Below are positions 1 to 9,036 of a stretch of 64,000 nt of DNA, piece after piece; within the stretch, counting starts at the first letter, position 1, and each line of letters opens with the position of its first letter. Location of the stretch: assembly GCA_044223005.1 (NCBI GenBank), contig JBGAML010000001.1, forward strand, positions 192,001-256,000. Direction: 5' to 3'. The notes beneath the pieces were generated by a model that worked only from the letters and a program-made list of their open reading frames with translations, was not told where the DNA came from and ran no database searches. The translations under genes and the position numbers were made by a program. This DNA is from Candidatus Eiseniibacteriota bacterium. Lineage in GTDB: Bacteria > Eisenbacteria > RBG-16-71-46.

Positions 1-225
1 CGCCTTCGCCGCCGCGAGCCGGGGCTCGAGCGGTGACGCCGTGATCGCGAGCCGCAGCTCCGCCTTCGCCGCGCCGCCGCGCACCACGAGCGAGGCGCCG
101 CGCAGCGCGAACACGGTGAGCGACTGATCCGAGCGGGCAGGGTCGAGCCCGAGGCGCTCCTGGTAGAAGGAGCGCTGGCGCTCGGAATCAGGTGTCAGCA
201 GGACGACGCAGTACAGGCGGCCCAT
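1..225 (-). CDS. VOC/glyoxalase-family protein (N-terminal part; runs off the window edge)
   Basis: Manual translation from ATG 225: MGRLYCVVLLTPDSERQRSFYQERLGL..., resembling the VOC 'V.D.E....FY...LGL' motif; lies just downstream of the ALDH gene. Confidence 0.6.
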   Translation of the reverse strand, partial: MGRLYCVVLLTPDSERQRSFYQERLGLDPARSDQSLTVFALRGASLVVRGGAAKAELRLAITASPLEPRLAAAKA

Positions 226-247
226 GACCGTCTCGGGGAAGGGTGGA

Positions 248-1711
248 TCATTCCAGGTTCAGCCAGACGCTCTTCACCTGAGTGTACTCCTGCAGGCAAG
301 CCGCCCCGAGGTCGCGGCCGAAACCGCTGCCCTTGGTGCCGCCGAACGGCATGCCGGGATCGTAGAAATTGTAGGTATTGACCCACACGGTGCCGGCCTT
401 GATGGCGCGCGCGACCACGTGCGCCTTGCGCACGTCGCGCGTCCAGACGCCCGAGGCGAGGCCGTAGAAGACGTCGTTGGCCTTGGCGACCGCGTCGTCC
501 ACGCCGTCGAAGGGGATCACGGCCAGTACGGGTCCGAAGATCTCCTCCTGCGCCACCTTCATGCGGTTGTCGACGTCGGCCAGCACGGTCGCCTGGACGA
601 ACGTGCCCTTGCCGTTCACCGGGGCGCGCTGGCCGCCCGCGACCAGGCGAGCGCCTTCCTTCACACCGGCCTCGACGTAGCCGAGCACGCTGTTCATCTG
701 CTTCTCGTTGACCAGCGCGCCGAGGCGCGTCTTGGGATCGAGCGGGTCGGCGGGCACCAGCTTCTTCGCGCGCTCGGCGAGCTTCGCCACGAAGTCGTCG
801 TAGATCGACTTCTCGACCAGCAGCCGCGAGCCCGCGGCGCACACCTCGCCCTTGCCGTAGAAGATGCCGGTCGTCGCGCCACGCACGGCGGCGTCGAGGT
901 CGGCGTCGGCGAACACGATGTTGGGCGACTTGCCGCCCAGCTCGAGCGTCAACTTCTTCACCGTGTCCGCGGCGGTGCGCATGATGTGCTGCCCGACCTC
1001 AGTGGAGCCGGTGAAGCTGATCTTGTCGACCATCGGGTGCTTCACCAGCGCCTCGCCCGCCACCGAGCCCGGGCCGGGCACGATGTTGAGCACGCCCGGC
1101 GGCAGTCCGGCCTCGAGCGCCAGCTCGCCGATGCGGATCGCGGTGAGCGGCGTCTCGGCCGCGGGCTTGAGCACGACCGTGTTGCCGGCGGCCAGCGCGG
1201 GCGCGGCCTTCCAGCCGACCATGATCATCGGGAAGTTCCACGGAATGATCGCGCCGACCACGCCCAGTGGCTCGCGCAGCGTGTAGGTGAAGAACGCCGG
1301 GTTCACGGGCACGGTCTCGCCGGTCAGCTTGGTGGCCCAACCCGAGAAGTAGTGGAAGCAGCTCGCCACCATGCCGATGTCGATCTGCCGCGATTCGAAG
1401 ATCGGCTTGCCGTTGTCGAGCGTCTCGAGCCGCGCGATCTCGTCGGCGTTGGCGAGGATCAGGTCGCCGAGCTTGTGCAGGATCCGCGCGCGCTCGGCCG
1501 GGCGCATCGTGCGCCACGGGCCGTCGTCGAACGCCGCACGCGCCGCGCGCACGGCGCGGTCCACGTCCTCGACGCCCGCCTGCGCGACGTGCGTGATCAG
1601 CTCCTCGGTGGCGGGATTGCGGGTCTCGAACGTCTTCCCCGACGCCGCGTCCACCGCTTCGCCACCGATGATCAGCTTGCCCGGACGAACCGGCGCGACC
1701 GTCCCCGACAT
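248..1711 (-). CDS. NAD(P)-dependent aldehyde dehydrogenase
   Basis: Motifs IIPWNFP, FTGSTEVG, LELGGKSP, catalytic Cys (GEVCAAGSR), EEIFGPV. Confidence 0.95.
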   Translation of the reverse strand: MSGTVAPVRPGKLIIGGEAVDAASGKTFETRNPATEELITHVAQAGVEDVDRAVRAARAAFDDGPWRTMRPAERARILHKLGDLILANADEIARLETLDNGKPIFESRQIDIGMVASCFHYFSGWATKLTGETVPVNPAFFTYTLREPLGVVGAIIPWNFPMIMVGWKAAPALAAGNTVVLKPAAETPLTAIRIGELALEAGLPPGVLNIVPGPGSVAGEALVKHPMVDKISFTGSTEVGQHIMRTAADTVKKLTLELGGKSPNIVFADADLDAAVRGATTGIFYGKGEVCAAGSRLLVEKSIYDDFVAKLAERAKKLVPADPLDPKTRLGALVNEKQMNSVLGYVEAGVKEGARLVAGGQRAPVNGKGTFVQATVLADVDNRMKVAQEEIFGPVLAVIPFDGVDDAVAKANDVFYGLASGVWTRDVRKAHVVARAIKAGTVWVNTYNFYDPGMPFGGTKGSGFGRDLGAACLQEYTQVKSVWLNLE

Positions 1712-1730
1712 GAATCCTCCGTTGGGTGCC

Positions 1731-2906
1731 TCAAGAGATGCGGACGAGCTTCACCTGCTCCGCGTGATGACGGTCGTGTGCGACGAGCGCGAGCAGCATG
1801 GCGCCGAACGGGTGCGCCGCGGTCCAGCGCTCGGCGGGTTCGGCCGGGACGGCGAGCAGCGCCGTGACGAGACGGTCGCGCAGCACCTGCATGCGTCCCA
1901 GCGCCTCGTCCCACGAGAGGCCGCGCCACGGCGCGAGGTGCGATTCGTTCACCTTCGCCATCGCCTCGCCCTCGACGCCCTTCCACGAAGGGTTCGCGCC
2001 GGCCAGCACCGCGTCGAACTCGTCGAGCCGCGCCTGGTCGCGCGCGGCGAGGTGCAGCACCAGCTCGCGCACGGTCCAGCGGCCGGGGCCGAGCGGGCGC
2101 TCGCCCGAACCGCCGGAGAGACCTTTGAGCGCCGCCTGCACCGCAGTGCGCGCGCGCTGCAGGTCGAAGAGCATCAGCTCCTTCGCGTTCGCACTCGCGC
2201 GCTGCGGCGCGAAGGCGGGCGTGAACGCGGGCGCTTTGCGCTTGCGCGCGTCGCGGATCTGCTGCGCGTGATGGCGGTCGTGCGTCGCGTAGCCGTCCAG
2301 CGCCGCGCCCAGCGCGTGCGCCTTGGTCCAGCGCTCGGCCGGCTTCGCGGGCACCGCGGCCAGCAGCCCGAGCAGCAGCGCGCGCTGCTCGGCCCACAGC
2401 CGGCGCACCTCGTCCCACGGCAGGTCCTTGCCCGCGGCGACGGCCGCAGCGTTGGCGGCGTTCACGCGCGCGCCGCCCAACGGCTCGTGCGGCTGGTTGC
2501 GGAGCACCGCGGCCGGCAGCACGCCGAGCATCCACTCGTCCCAGTACGCGAGGTGCAGCAGGATCTGCCGCGCGTTCCAGCGCCCCGGCGCGATCGGCCG
2601 CTCGGCCGCATCGGCCGAGAGTCCGCGGATCGCCGCGAGGATCGCATCACAGCCGCGCTCCAGGTCGCGCACCGCGGCGGCGCGCGGCGACGTGCTCGGC
2701 GCGGCGGGCCTCGTCGAACGCTTCGCCGCGGGACGCTTCTTCGCGGGCGCGGCCGCCTTCGGCGCGGTGACGCGCTGCTTCGCGGGCGCGGCCGCCTTGC
2801 GGGCGGCGACACGATTCTTCGCGGTGGACTTCGCAGTGCTCCGGGGCTTCGCGCGACGTGCGGCGGCGGTGGAACGCGCGGCCTTCTTCGTGCGTCGGGC
2901 GGGCAT
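1731..2906 (-). CDS. Protein with two tandem DinB/YfiT-like domains and a Lys/Ala/Arg-rich histone-like N-terminal tail
   Basis: Two copies of W..R....HLA..D ... HDRHHA.Q; N-terminus contains KAAAPAK repeats. Confidence 0.75.
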   Translation of the reverse strand: MPARRTKKAARSTAAARRAKPRSTAKSTAKNRVAARKAAAPAKQRVTAPKAAAPAKKRPAAKRSTRPAAPSTSPRAAAVRDLERGCDAILAAIRGLSADAAERPIAPGRWNARQILLHLAYWDEWMLGVLPAAVLRNQPHEPLGGARVNAANAAAVAAGKDLPWDEVRRLWAEQRALLLGLLAAVPAKPAERWTKAHALGAALDGYATHDRHHAQQIRDARKRKAPAFTPAFAPQRASANAKELMLFDLQRARTAVQAALKGLSGGSGERPLGPGRWTVRELVLHLAARDQARLDEFDAVLAGANPSWKGVEGEAMAKVNESHLAPWRGLSWDEALGRMQVLRDRLVTALLAVPAEPAERWTAAHPFGAMLLALVAHDRHHAEQVKLVRIS

Positions 2907-2995
2907 GGACGGGGCAGTCTCCGGTGGTCCGCGATCGGCCGAGGGGGGCGACGCGCATGGCGGAAAGGCAGCGTGCGCGGCGCGGGCGAACCCCC

Positions 2996-3024
2996 AAGCT
3001 ATCAGGCCCGATACGGCGCTTCAA
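2996..3024 (-). promoter_or_regulatory. Putative sigma70 promoter (TTGAAG-N17-TAGCTT) for the DinB-ALDH-VOC genes
   Basis: Consensus-like hexamers with 17-bp spacing in the intergenic region. Confidence 0.45.
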
Positions 3025-3066
3025 TGCCCGTGAATCGCGCCCCGGGCCGCAGGGCCGAACCCGGCG

Positions 3067-3927
3067 TCAGCCCTTCGCGGGGTAGTCGTAGACGCCACGC
3101 CCGGACTTGCGGCCGAGGCGGCCGGCGGCGACGTACTGCTCCATGAGCGGGCAGGGCCGGAACTTCTCGCCCAGCGTGCGGTGCAGGAAGCGCAGGATCG
3201 AGAGCCGCGTGTCGAGACCGACCAGGTCCACGAGTTCGAACGGGCCCATGGGGTGGTTCAATCCCAGCTTGAGGGCCCGGTCGATGTCGGCGGCGCTCGC
3301 GACGCCCTCCTGCAGCATGTAGAAGGCCTCGTTGCCGATCATCGCGTTGATGCGCGAGGTCACGAACCCGGGCGATTCGCGCACCGTGACGCACTCCTTC
3401 CCCATCCGCTCACCCACGGCCGCGCAGGCGGCCAGCGTTTCCTCGCTGGTCTCGAGCGCGCGGACGATCTCCAGCAGCTTCATCCGGTGCACGGGGTTGA
3501 AGAAGTGCATGCCCACGACCTTCGGCGCGCGGCGTGTGGCCGCGGCCATCTCGGTGATCGAGAGCGAGGAGGTGTTGGAGGCGAGGATCGCCTCGGGCGG
3601 CGCGATCGCGTCCACCCGGGCGAACGTCTCGACCTTGAGTGCGATGTCCTCGGGCGCCGCCTCGATCACGAGGTCGGCGTCGCGCACCGCTTCCTCGAGC
3701 GAGCCGGCCGTCGTGAGCCGCTTGCGCGCGGCGATCGCGTCCGAGTCCGTCACCTTGCCCGTCGCGACGCCCTTTTCGAGCGTGGCGTCGATCTCCGACG
3801 CGCCCCGCTCGAGGGCGTCGCGATTGGGGTCGTGCAGGCGCGTGGCGTACCCGCCCACGGCCGACACGTACGCGATGCCGCGCCCCATCAGGCCGGCGCC
3901 CAGCACCGCGATGGTGCGAACCGTCAC
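3067..3927 (-). CDS. 3-hydroxyacyl-CoA (3-hydroxybutyryl-CoA) dehydrogenase
   Basis: GAGLMGRG Rossmann motif, ASNTSSL, GMHFFNP, HPMGPF; GTG start overlaps the bioY stop (GTGA). Confidence 0.92.
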   Translation of the reverse strand: MTVRTIAVLGAGLMGRGIAYVSAVGGYATRLHDPNRDALERGASEIDATLEKGVATGKVTDSDAIAARKRLTTAGSLEEAVRDADLVIEAAPEDIALKVETFARVDAIAPPEAILASNTSSLSITEMAAATRRAPKVVGMHFFNPVHRMKLLEIVRALETSEETLAACAAVGERMGKECVTVRESPGFVTSRINAMIGNEAFYMLQEGVASAADIDRALKLGLNHPMGPFELVDLVGLDTRLSILRFLHRTLGEKFRPCPLMEQYVAAGRLGRKSGRGVYDYPAKG

Positions 3928-4511
3928 GCGTTCTCCGAGCGCTTGACTGCGCCCCACGCGAGCGGGAACAGGCCCGCCGCGATCGCCGACTTGAGCACGT
4001 CGCCGGGCAGGAACGGCAGCAGGCCGGTCGCGAGCAGCGAGCCCTGCGGCACGAAGCGCGAGAGCTGGACGAGGCCGACCGCGAAGATCACCGCCGAGCC
4101 CGCGAGCATGGCGAGGAACATGGTGAGCGGCTTGCGGTCCCACGCACGCTCGGCGAGCAGGCCGGTGACCAGGGCCGCGAACGGGAACGACACGAGGTAG
4201 CCGCCCGAGGGCCCGACCAGGTGGATCGGGCCGGCCGCGCCGCCCGAGAAGACGGGCGCGCCGCAGGTGCCGGCGACCAGGTAGAGCGCCTGCGCGAGGA
4301 ACGCGCGCCGAGCGCCGAGCACGGCGCCGCACAGCAGCACGACCATCGTCTGTCCGGTCAAGGGCACGGGCGTCCAGGGCAGGCGGATCTCGAACTGGGC
4401 CGCGACCGCGGTGAGCGCGGCGGCGAGCAGGACGAGCACGACGTTCATCGCGGCGCCGGCGCGCGGCAGGGCGGCGTCGGCGAGCGTCAGCGAGCGATCG
4501 GCAACGGACAT
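3924..4511 (-). CDS. bioY: Biotin transporter BioY (ECF S-component)
   Basis: TPVPLTGQT, GPSGGYL, PFLPGDVLK motifs; hydrophobic profile. Confidence 0.92.
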   Translation of the reverse strand: MSVADRSLTLADAALPRAGAAMNVVLVLLAAALTAVAAQFEIRLPWTPVPLTGQTMVVLLCGAVLGARRAFLAQALYLVAGTCGAPVFSGGAAGPIHLVGPSGGYLVSFPFAALVTGLLAERAWDRKPLTMFLAMLAGSAVIFAVGLVQLSRFVPQGSLLATGLLPFLPGDVLKSAIAAGLFPLAWGAVKRSENA

Positions 4512-4581
4512 GGGGACACCTCGCGTAAAACCGGTGCCGCGCGTCCACCCGGTGGGGCGCGCAGCGGGACGGGAACGCCGC

Positions 4582-4611
4582 AATGTAACAGGGGTGCGAA
4601 CAGGCGTTCAA
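4582..4611 (-). promoter_or_regulatory. Putative sigma70 promoter (TTGAAC-N18-TACATT, TG extended -10) for bioY-hbd
   Basis: AT-richer patch upstream of bioY with consensus-like elements. Confidence 0.45.
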
Positions 4612-4651
4612 CGCCCGCGCGGCGCGCCGGCGGCCCGCGGTCCCGTCCGGC

Positions 4652-6445
4652 TCAGGCGACGGCGCGGCGCTCGGCGGGCACTCCGGTGGCGCGGCGCGCC
4701 TCGCGCGTCGCGTCCGGTTCGCCCTCGACGGGCACCTCCGCGACGGCGGGCGCGCCGATCGGCGGGGCCAGCGACGGCCCGCGCGCGGCGGCGCGCTGGC
4801 CGCGGTGGCGGCGCTTGTCCTCGTACATGCGCTCGTCGCCCATCTCCAACAGGCGCGGCAGCACGTCCGCGCCCTCGGGCGTGCCGCGCACCCAACCGAT
4901 CGAGGCCGAGAGCGTCCACGGCAGGTCGCCGACGCCGTTGCGGCCGGCGAGCCGCATCGCGAAGCGCTCGATCGCGGTCTCGGCGCCTTCGCTGCCGGAC
5001 TCGCACGCCAGCACCACGAACTCGTCGCCGCCCATGCGGCCGACGATGTCCGTGTCGCGGAAGCTGGCGCGCAGCAGCCGGGCCAGCTCGACCAGCGCGC
5101 GATCGCCGTTGGCGTGGCCGAACGTGTCGTTGATGGCCTTGAGGCCGTCCAGGTCGACTTCGACCAGCACCACGTGCTGCCCGGCGCGCGCGGCGAGCTT
5201 CAGCTGGTGCTCGGCGAACATCAGGAAGCCGCGCCGGTTGTAGAGCCCCGTCAGTTCGTCGACGTAGGACAGCGTGCGCAGCGTGCGTTCCAGCTGCCGG
5301 CGCTCGGTCACGTCGCGCACGGTCGCGGCGAACAGCCCGATCGCGGACGGATCGCGGATCGGCGCGATCGAGATCTCCGCCGGGAACGTGGACGCGTCCA
5401 GCCGGCGGCCGCTCGTCGCGATCGCCTCGCGCGGCGACGCGAACGCGCCGGCGTCGATCGCGGGCGCCTCGGGGAAGAGCTCGGCGAGCCGGTGGTGCAC
5501 GCAGCGCCGGCCGTCGCAGCCGAACATGCGGCGCGCCGCGGCGTTGCATTCCATCACGCGGCCCATGCCGTCGAGCAGCAGGATGCCGTCGAGCGAGGCT
5601 TCCAGCACGGCCGATTTGCGCGCCTCCGAGAGCCGCAGCCGCCGCTCGGCGCGCTCCTGTTCGTCCACGTGGCGCTCGATCGCCTCGGCCATCGCGTCGA
5701 ACTGCCGGCCGAGCTCGCCCAGCTCGCCGCGCACGTGCGCCAGCCCGGTGCGCGCCGAGAGGTCGCCCGCGCGCAGGCGCGACGTCGCGACGAGCAGCGC
5801 GTCGACGCGGCGCAGCACGGCGACGCTCGCGCCGTACCACGCGAGCGCGGCCACGAGCAGCCCGAGCAGGGCGACGAGTCCCAGGCTCCGCAGCAGCGCC
5901 TGCGTCTCGTGCGCGAACAGCAGGTCCATGTCCATGGACGCGCCCGCCCAGTACGTGACGCCGCCCGCGGTGACCGGCGTGAACGCGGCCACGTGCCGGT
6001 GCCCATCGCCGCCGCGCACCTCCTGCGCCCAGCCCGGCCGCGGCACCGGCGCGAATCCCGCGAGCTGCGAGTCCGGCCCCGGCGCGCTCGCCGGCGGCCG
6101 CGCCACGACCCGGCCCTCGCGATCGAGGATCAGGAACTCGACCCGCTCCCCGGTGCGCGTCCGCGGCTCCAGGCGCACGAGCACGGCGGCGTCGCGGGCC
6201 GCGGACACCGCGAGCGCCAGGGTGCGCTCGGGCGTCGGCGCGGGCGTCGCGCGGGCCAGCAGCCGGTCCGCGTGGGCCGCGACGAGCCGGCTCAGGAGCA
6301 TGGTCTCGGCGCAGACCCGCTCGCGCAGGGCGCGGCGCTGCTCGCGCTCGTTGGCGAGCATGAGCAGCGTCGTGCCGCACACCGCGAGGAACACGATCAG
6401 GAGGAGCCGGGCCCGCAGCCCGGAGGGAAACCAGCGACTCGGCAC
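4652..6445 (-). CDS. Membrane diguanylate cyclase (periplasmic sensor-HAMP-PAS-GGDEF)
   Basis: Two TM segments, HAMP (ELGELGRQFDAMA), PAS, DELTGLYNRR, intact GGDEF with RxxD I-site (RDTD); start chosen at GTG 6445. Confidence 0.9.
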   Translation of the reverse strand: MPSRWFPSGLRARLLLIVFLAVCGTTLLMLANEREQRRALRERVCAETMLLSRLVAAHADRLLARATPAPTPERTLALAVSAARDAAVLVRLEPRTRTGERVEFLILDREGRVVARPPASAPGPDSQLAGFAPVPRPGWAQEVRGGDGHRHVAAFTPVTAGGVTYWAGASMDMDLLFAHETQALLRSLGLVALLGLLVAALAWYGASVAVLRRVDALLVATSRLRAGDLSARTGLAHVRGELGELGRQFDAMAEAIERHVDEQERAERRLRLSEARKSAVLEASLDGILLLDGMGRVMECNAAARRMFGCDGRRCVHHRLAELFPEAPAIDAGAFASPREAIATSGRRLDASTFPAEISIAPIRDPSAIGLFAATVRDVTERRQLERTLRTLSYVDELTGLYNRRGFLMFAEHQLKLAARAGQHVVLVEVDLDGLKAINDTFGHANGDRALVELARLLRASFRDTDIVGRMGGDEFVVLACESGSEGAETAIERFAMRLAGRNGVGDLPWTLSASIGWVRGTPEGADVLPRLLEMGDERMYEDKRRHRGQRAAARGPSLAPPIGAPAVAEVPVEGEPDATREARRATGVPAERRAVA

Positions 6446-6610
6446 GGTGATCCACCCGCGCAATGCCGCGCCGCGGCACGCCGACCCTGGCGTGTCGGGA
6501 CCGGCGCGGCCGCCGATCCGTATGCGACAGGAGCGCTCCCAACCGCTCCACCGGACGGTGTCGGCCGCCATCGCGCGCGGCTTCAGGGAATTCCGGCGAT
6601 GCCGTCGCCA

Positions 6611-6639
6611 TTGACCGCCACGGGGGCGGTGACTACCGT
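6611..6639 (+). promoter_or_regulatory. Putative sigma70 promoter (TTGACC-N17-TACCGT) for atuA
   Basis: Consensus-like -35/-10 with 17-bp spacer about 50 bp before the ATG. Confidence 0.5.
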
Positions 6640-6688
6640 CCGGCCGATCGCGCGTCCTTCCACGCACTTCCCCTCTTCGGGAGCCCGC

Positions 6689-8545
6689 ATGTCCGAGACG
6701 ATCCGCATCGCCAACGCCGGCGGTTACTGGGGCGACGACCTGGCGCAGTTCCGCCGCCAGGTCGAGTTGGGCGCCACCGACTTCGTGACGCTCGACTTCC
6801 TGGCCGAGATCACGATGTCGATCATGCAGAAACAGCGCTCGCGCGACCCGAAGGCCGGCTACGCGCGCGACTTCGTGGCGCAGGTCGAGGAAACGCTGGA
6901 CGCGCTGCTCGCGAAGAACGTGCGCGTCATCACCAACGCCGGCGGCGTGAACCCGGCCGCGTGCCGCGACGCGCTGCTCGCGATGGCGGCGAAACGCGGC
7001 GTCGAACTGGACGTCGCCGCCGTGCTCGGCGACGACCTCATGGACCGCATCGGCGAGCTGAACGCCGCGGGCGCGCCGCTCGACAACATGGAGGACGGCG
7101 CGGCGTTCACCGGCGTGCGCGAGCGCGTGAGCAGCGCGAACGCCTACTACGGCGCGTGGCCCGTGGTGGAGGCGCTCGCGACCGGCGCGCGCATCGTGGT
7201 GACGGGCCGCTGCACCGACACGGGCATCACGCTGGCGCCGATGATCCACGCGTTCGGCTGGGCGCCCGACGACTGGGACCGGCTCGCGGCCGGCATCGTC
7301 GCGGGACACATCGTCGAGTGCGGCGCGCAGTCCACCGGCGGCAACTTCACCGACTGGCGGCGCGTGCCGAAGTTCGAAACGATCGGCTACCCCGTGATCG
7401 AGGTCTCCCCCGACGGCTCGTTCGTCGTGACCAAGCACGCGGGCACCGGCGGCGCGGTCACCGTGCGCACCGTGAAGGAGCAGCTCGTCTACGAGATGGG
7501 CGACCCGCGCGGCTACATCACACCCGACGTGATCGCCGACTTCGGCACGATCCGGCTCGAGCAGGCCGGGCGCGACCGCGTGCGCGTGTGGGGCGTGAAG
7601 GGCCGGCCGGCGCCGGGCTCGCTCAAGGTCAGCGCCGCGTACGCCGACGGCTGGAAGGCCTCGGGCACGCTCATCATCTCGGCGCCCGACGCGGCCGCCA
7701 AGGCGCGCGAGTTCGCGCGGCTCTTCTGGAAGCGGCTCGGGCTTTCGTTCGCGGCGACGCACACCGAGCTCGTGGGACACTCGGCGTGCTGGGGCCCGCT
7801 CGCGCCCGAGGTCGACGCGCCCGAAGTGCTGCTGCGGCTCTCGGTGCGCGACCACGACCGCGCGAAGATCGAGGCGTTCGGCAAGCTGGTGCCCGCGGTG
7901 ATCCTTTCCGGCCCTCCCGGCGTCGCCGTCACCGGCGGCCGGCCGCAGCCGCAGGAAGTGGTCGCGTACTGGCCGGCGCTGGTGCCGCGCGACCTCGTGA
8001 AGCCGCGCCTGCTGACGCGCGACGGCGAGCAGGCGCTCGAGTGGCCGACGCCGCTGCGCGAGATCGGCCGCCCCGCGGCGCTGCCGAAGCACGAGTTCCC
8101 GAAGGCGAAGGGCGCCGCGGGCAGCGTGCGCGTGAAGCTCTCGGCGCTCGCGCACGCGCGCAGCGGCGACAAGGGCGACACCGCGAACATCGGCGTCATC
8201 GCGCGCTCGCCCGAGGTCTACCCGTGGCTCGCGAAGACGCTCACGGCCGCCGTGGTGAAGAAGCGCTTCAAGGGCATCTGCCTCGGCAAGGTCGAGCGCC
8301 ACGAGGTGCCGAACCTGGGCGCGCTCAACTTCCTGCTGCACGAATCGCTGGGCGGCGGCGGCACCGTGAGCCTGCGGCTCGACGCGCAGGGCAAGACGCT
8401 CTCGCACGCGCTGCTCGCCATGGAGGTGAACGCGCCGAAGACACTGCTCGCCGCCGCGAAGCGCGGCGACGCGGCCGACGGCGTGCCGCCAAAGCGCGCG
8501 GCCGCGCCGAAACGCCCCGCGAAGCGCCCGGCGCGCAAGCGCTGA
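6689..8545 (+). CDS. atuA: Acyclic terpene utilization AtuA-family protein (DUF1446 plus C-terminal domain)
   Basis: IRIANAGGYWGD, DFLAEITM, GHIVECGAQSTGGNF, EQLVYE, ARSGDKGD, DAQGK motifs. Confidence 0.88.
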   Translation: MSETIRIANAGGYWGDDLAQFRRQVELGATDFVTLDFLAEITMSIMQKQRSRDPKAGYARDFVAQVEETLDALLAKNVRVITNAGGVNPAACRDALLAMAAKRGVELDVAAVLGDDLMDRIGELNAAGAPLDNMEDGAAFTGVRERVSSANAYYGAWPVVEALATGARIVVTGRCTDTGITLAPMIHAFGWAPDDWDRLAAGIVAGHIVECGAQSTGGNFTDWRRVPKFETIGYPVIEVSPDGSFVVTKHAGTGGAVTVRTVKEQLVYEMGDPRGYITPDVIADFGTIRLEQAGRDRVRVWGVKGRPAPGSLKVSAAYADGWKASGTLIISAPDAAAKAREFARLFWKRLGLSFAATHTELVGHSACWGPLAPEVDAPEVLLRLSVRDHDRAKIEAFGKLVPAVILSGPPGVAVTGGRPQPQEVVAYWPALVPRDLVKPRLLTRDGEQALEWPTPLREIGRPAALPKHEFPKAKGAAGSVRVKLSALAHARSGDKGDTANIGVIARSPEVYPWLAKTLTAAVVKKRFKGICLGKVERHEVPNLGALNFLLHESLGGGGTVSLRLDAQGKTLSHALLAMEVNAPKTLLAAAKRGDAADGVPPKRAAAPKRPAKRPARKR

Positions 8546-8563
8546 CGCGGGCGCGCGACACGC

Positions 8564-8594
8564 GAACGGCCGGCCCGATGCGGGCCGGCCGTTC
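8564..8594. terminator. GC-rich hairpin between convergent genes
   Basis: gaacggccggcccg-atg-cgggccggccgttc, 14-bp stem. Confidence 0.7.
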
Positions 8595-8619
8595 GTGCGT
8601 TCGCGGGACGCCGAAGACG

Positions 8620-8829
8620 CTAGCGGTACATCGCCTTCAGCGCGCCCCAGGTGTGCTCGAGCGTGGGCACCGGCTGGTTGCGGCGGTTGAGCGTCACCGT
8701 GGACTGCGGGCCCTGCGTGTAGTCCTCGACCTGCGGCGCAGGTGCGGGCTCGCTCGCCCACACACCCTGCAGGTTCAGCTGCGCGCCCGCGTTGCAGCCC
8801 GTGCAGGCGCCGGCGCCGAGCGACTTCGT
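8620..8829 (-). pseudogene. Truncated remnant of a secreted protein keeping only its C-terminus and TWGALKAMYR tail
   Basis: Coding-like segment TKSLGAGACTGC...PTLEHTWGALKAMYR with no signal peptide; SD-like GAAAGGAA sits just before an in-frame ACG rather than ATG. Confidence 0.5.
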
Positions 8830-8979
8830 GCGGTGTTCCTTTCGATTCCCCGGCCTGCACTGGTCTGTTGGGGGACGAATCGGACCCGGCGGCCCGTCGC
8901 CGGCAGCGTAGGCCGGTTTCCGGCAGCGGGACAGCGCTCGTGTGCGCGGGGTCGGCATCACGTTGTGCCGCAACGCACG

Positions 8980-9010
8980 ACGGCCGCGCCCCCGACGGGA
9001 GCGCGGCCGT
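8980..9010 (-). terminator. Hairpin downstream of the 9037-9792 gene
   Basis: acggccgcgc...gcgcggccgt inverted repeat. Confidence 0.55.
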
Positions 9011-9036
9011 TCACAGGCCGATCGGAGACGCGGACG

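Noticed and set aside
4512..4651. BirA operator upstream of bioY
   Set aside because: Only a half-site-like TGTAAC; better explained as the -10 element.
4652..8860. 1402-aa and 1246-aa apparent fusions of the cyclase and AtuA regions
   Set aside because: Two divergent genes whose frames extend through each other's antisense strand; separate promoters and starts are visible.
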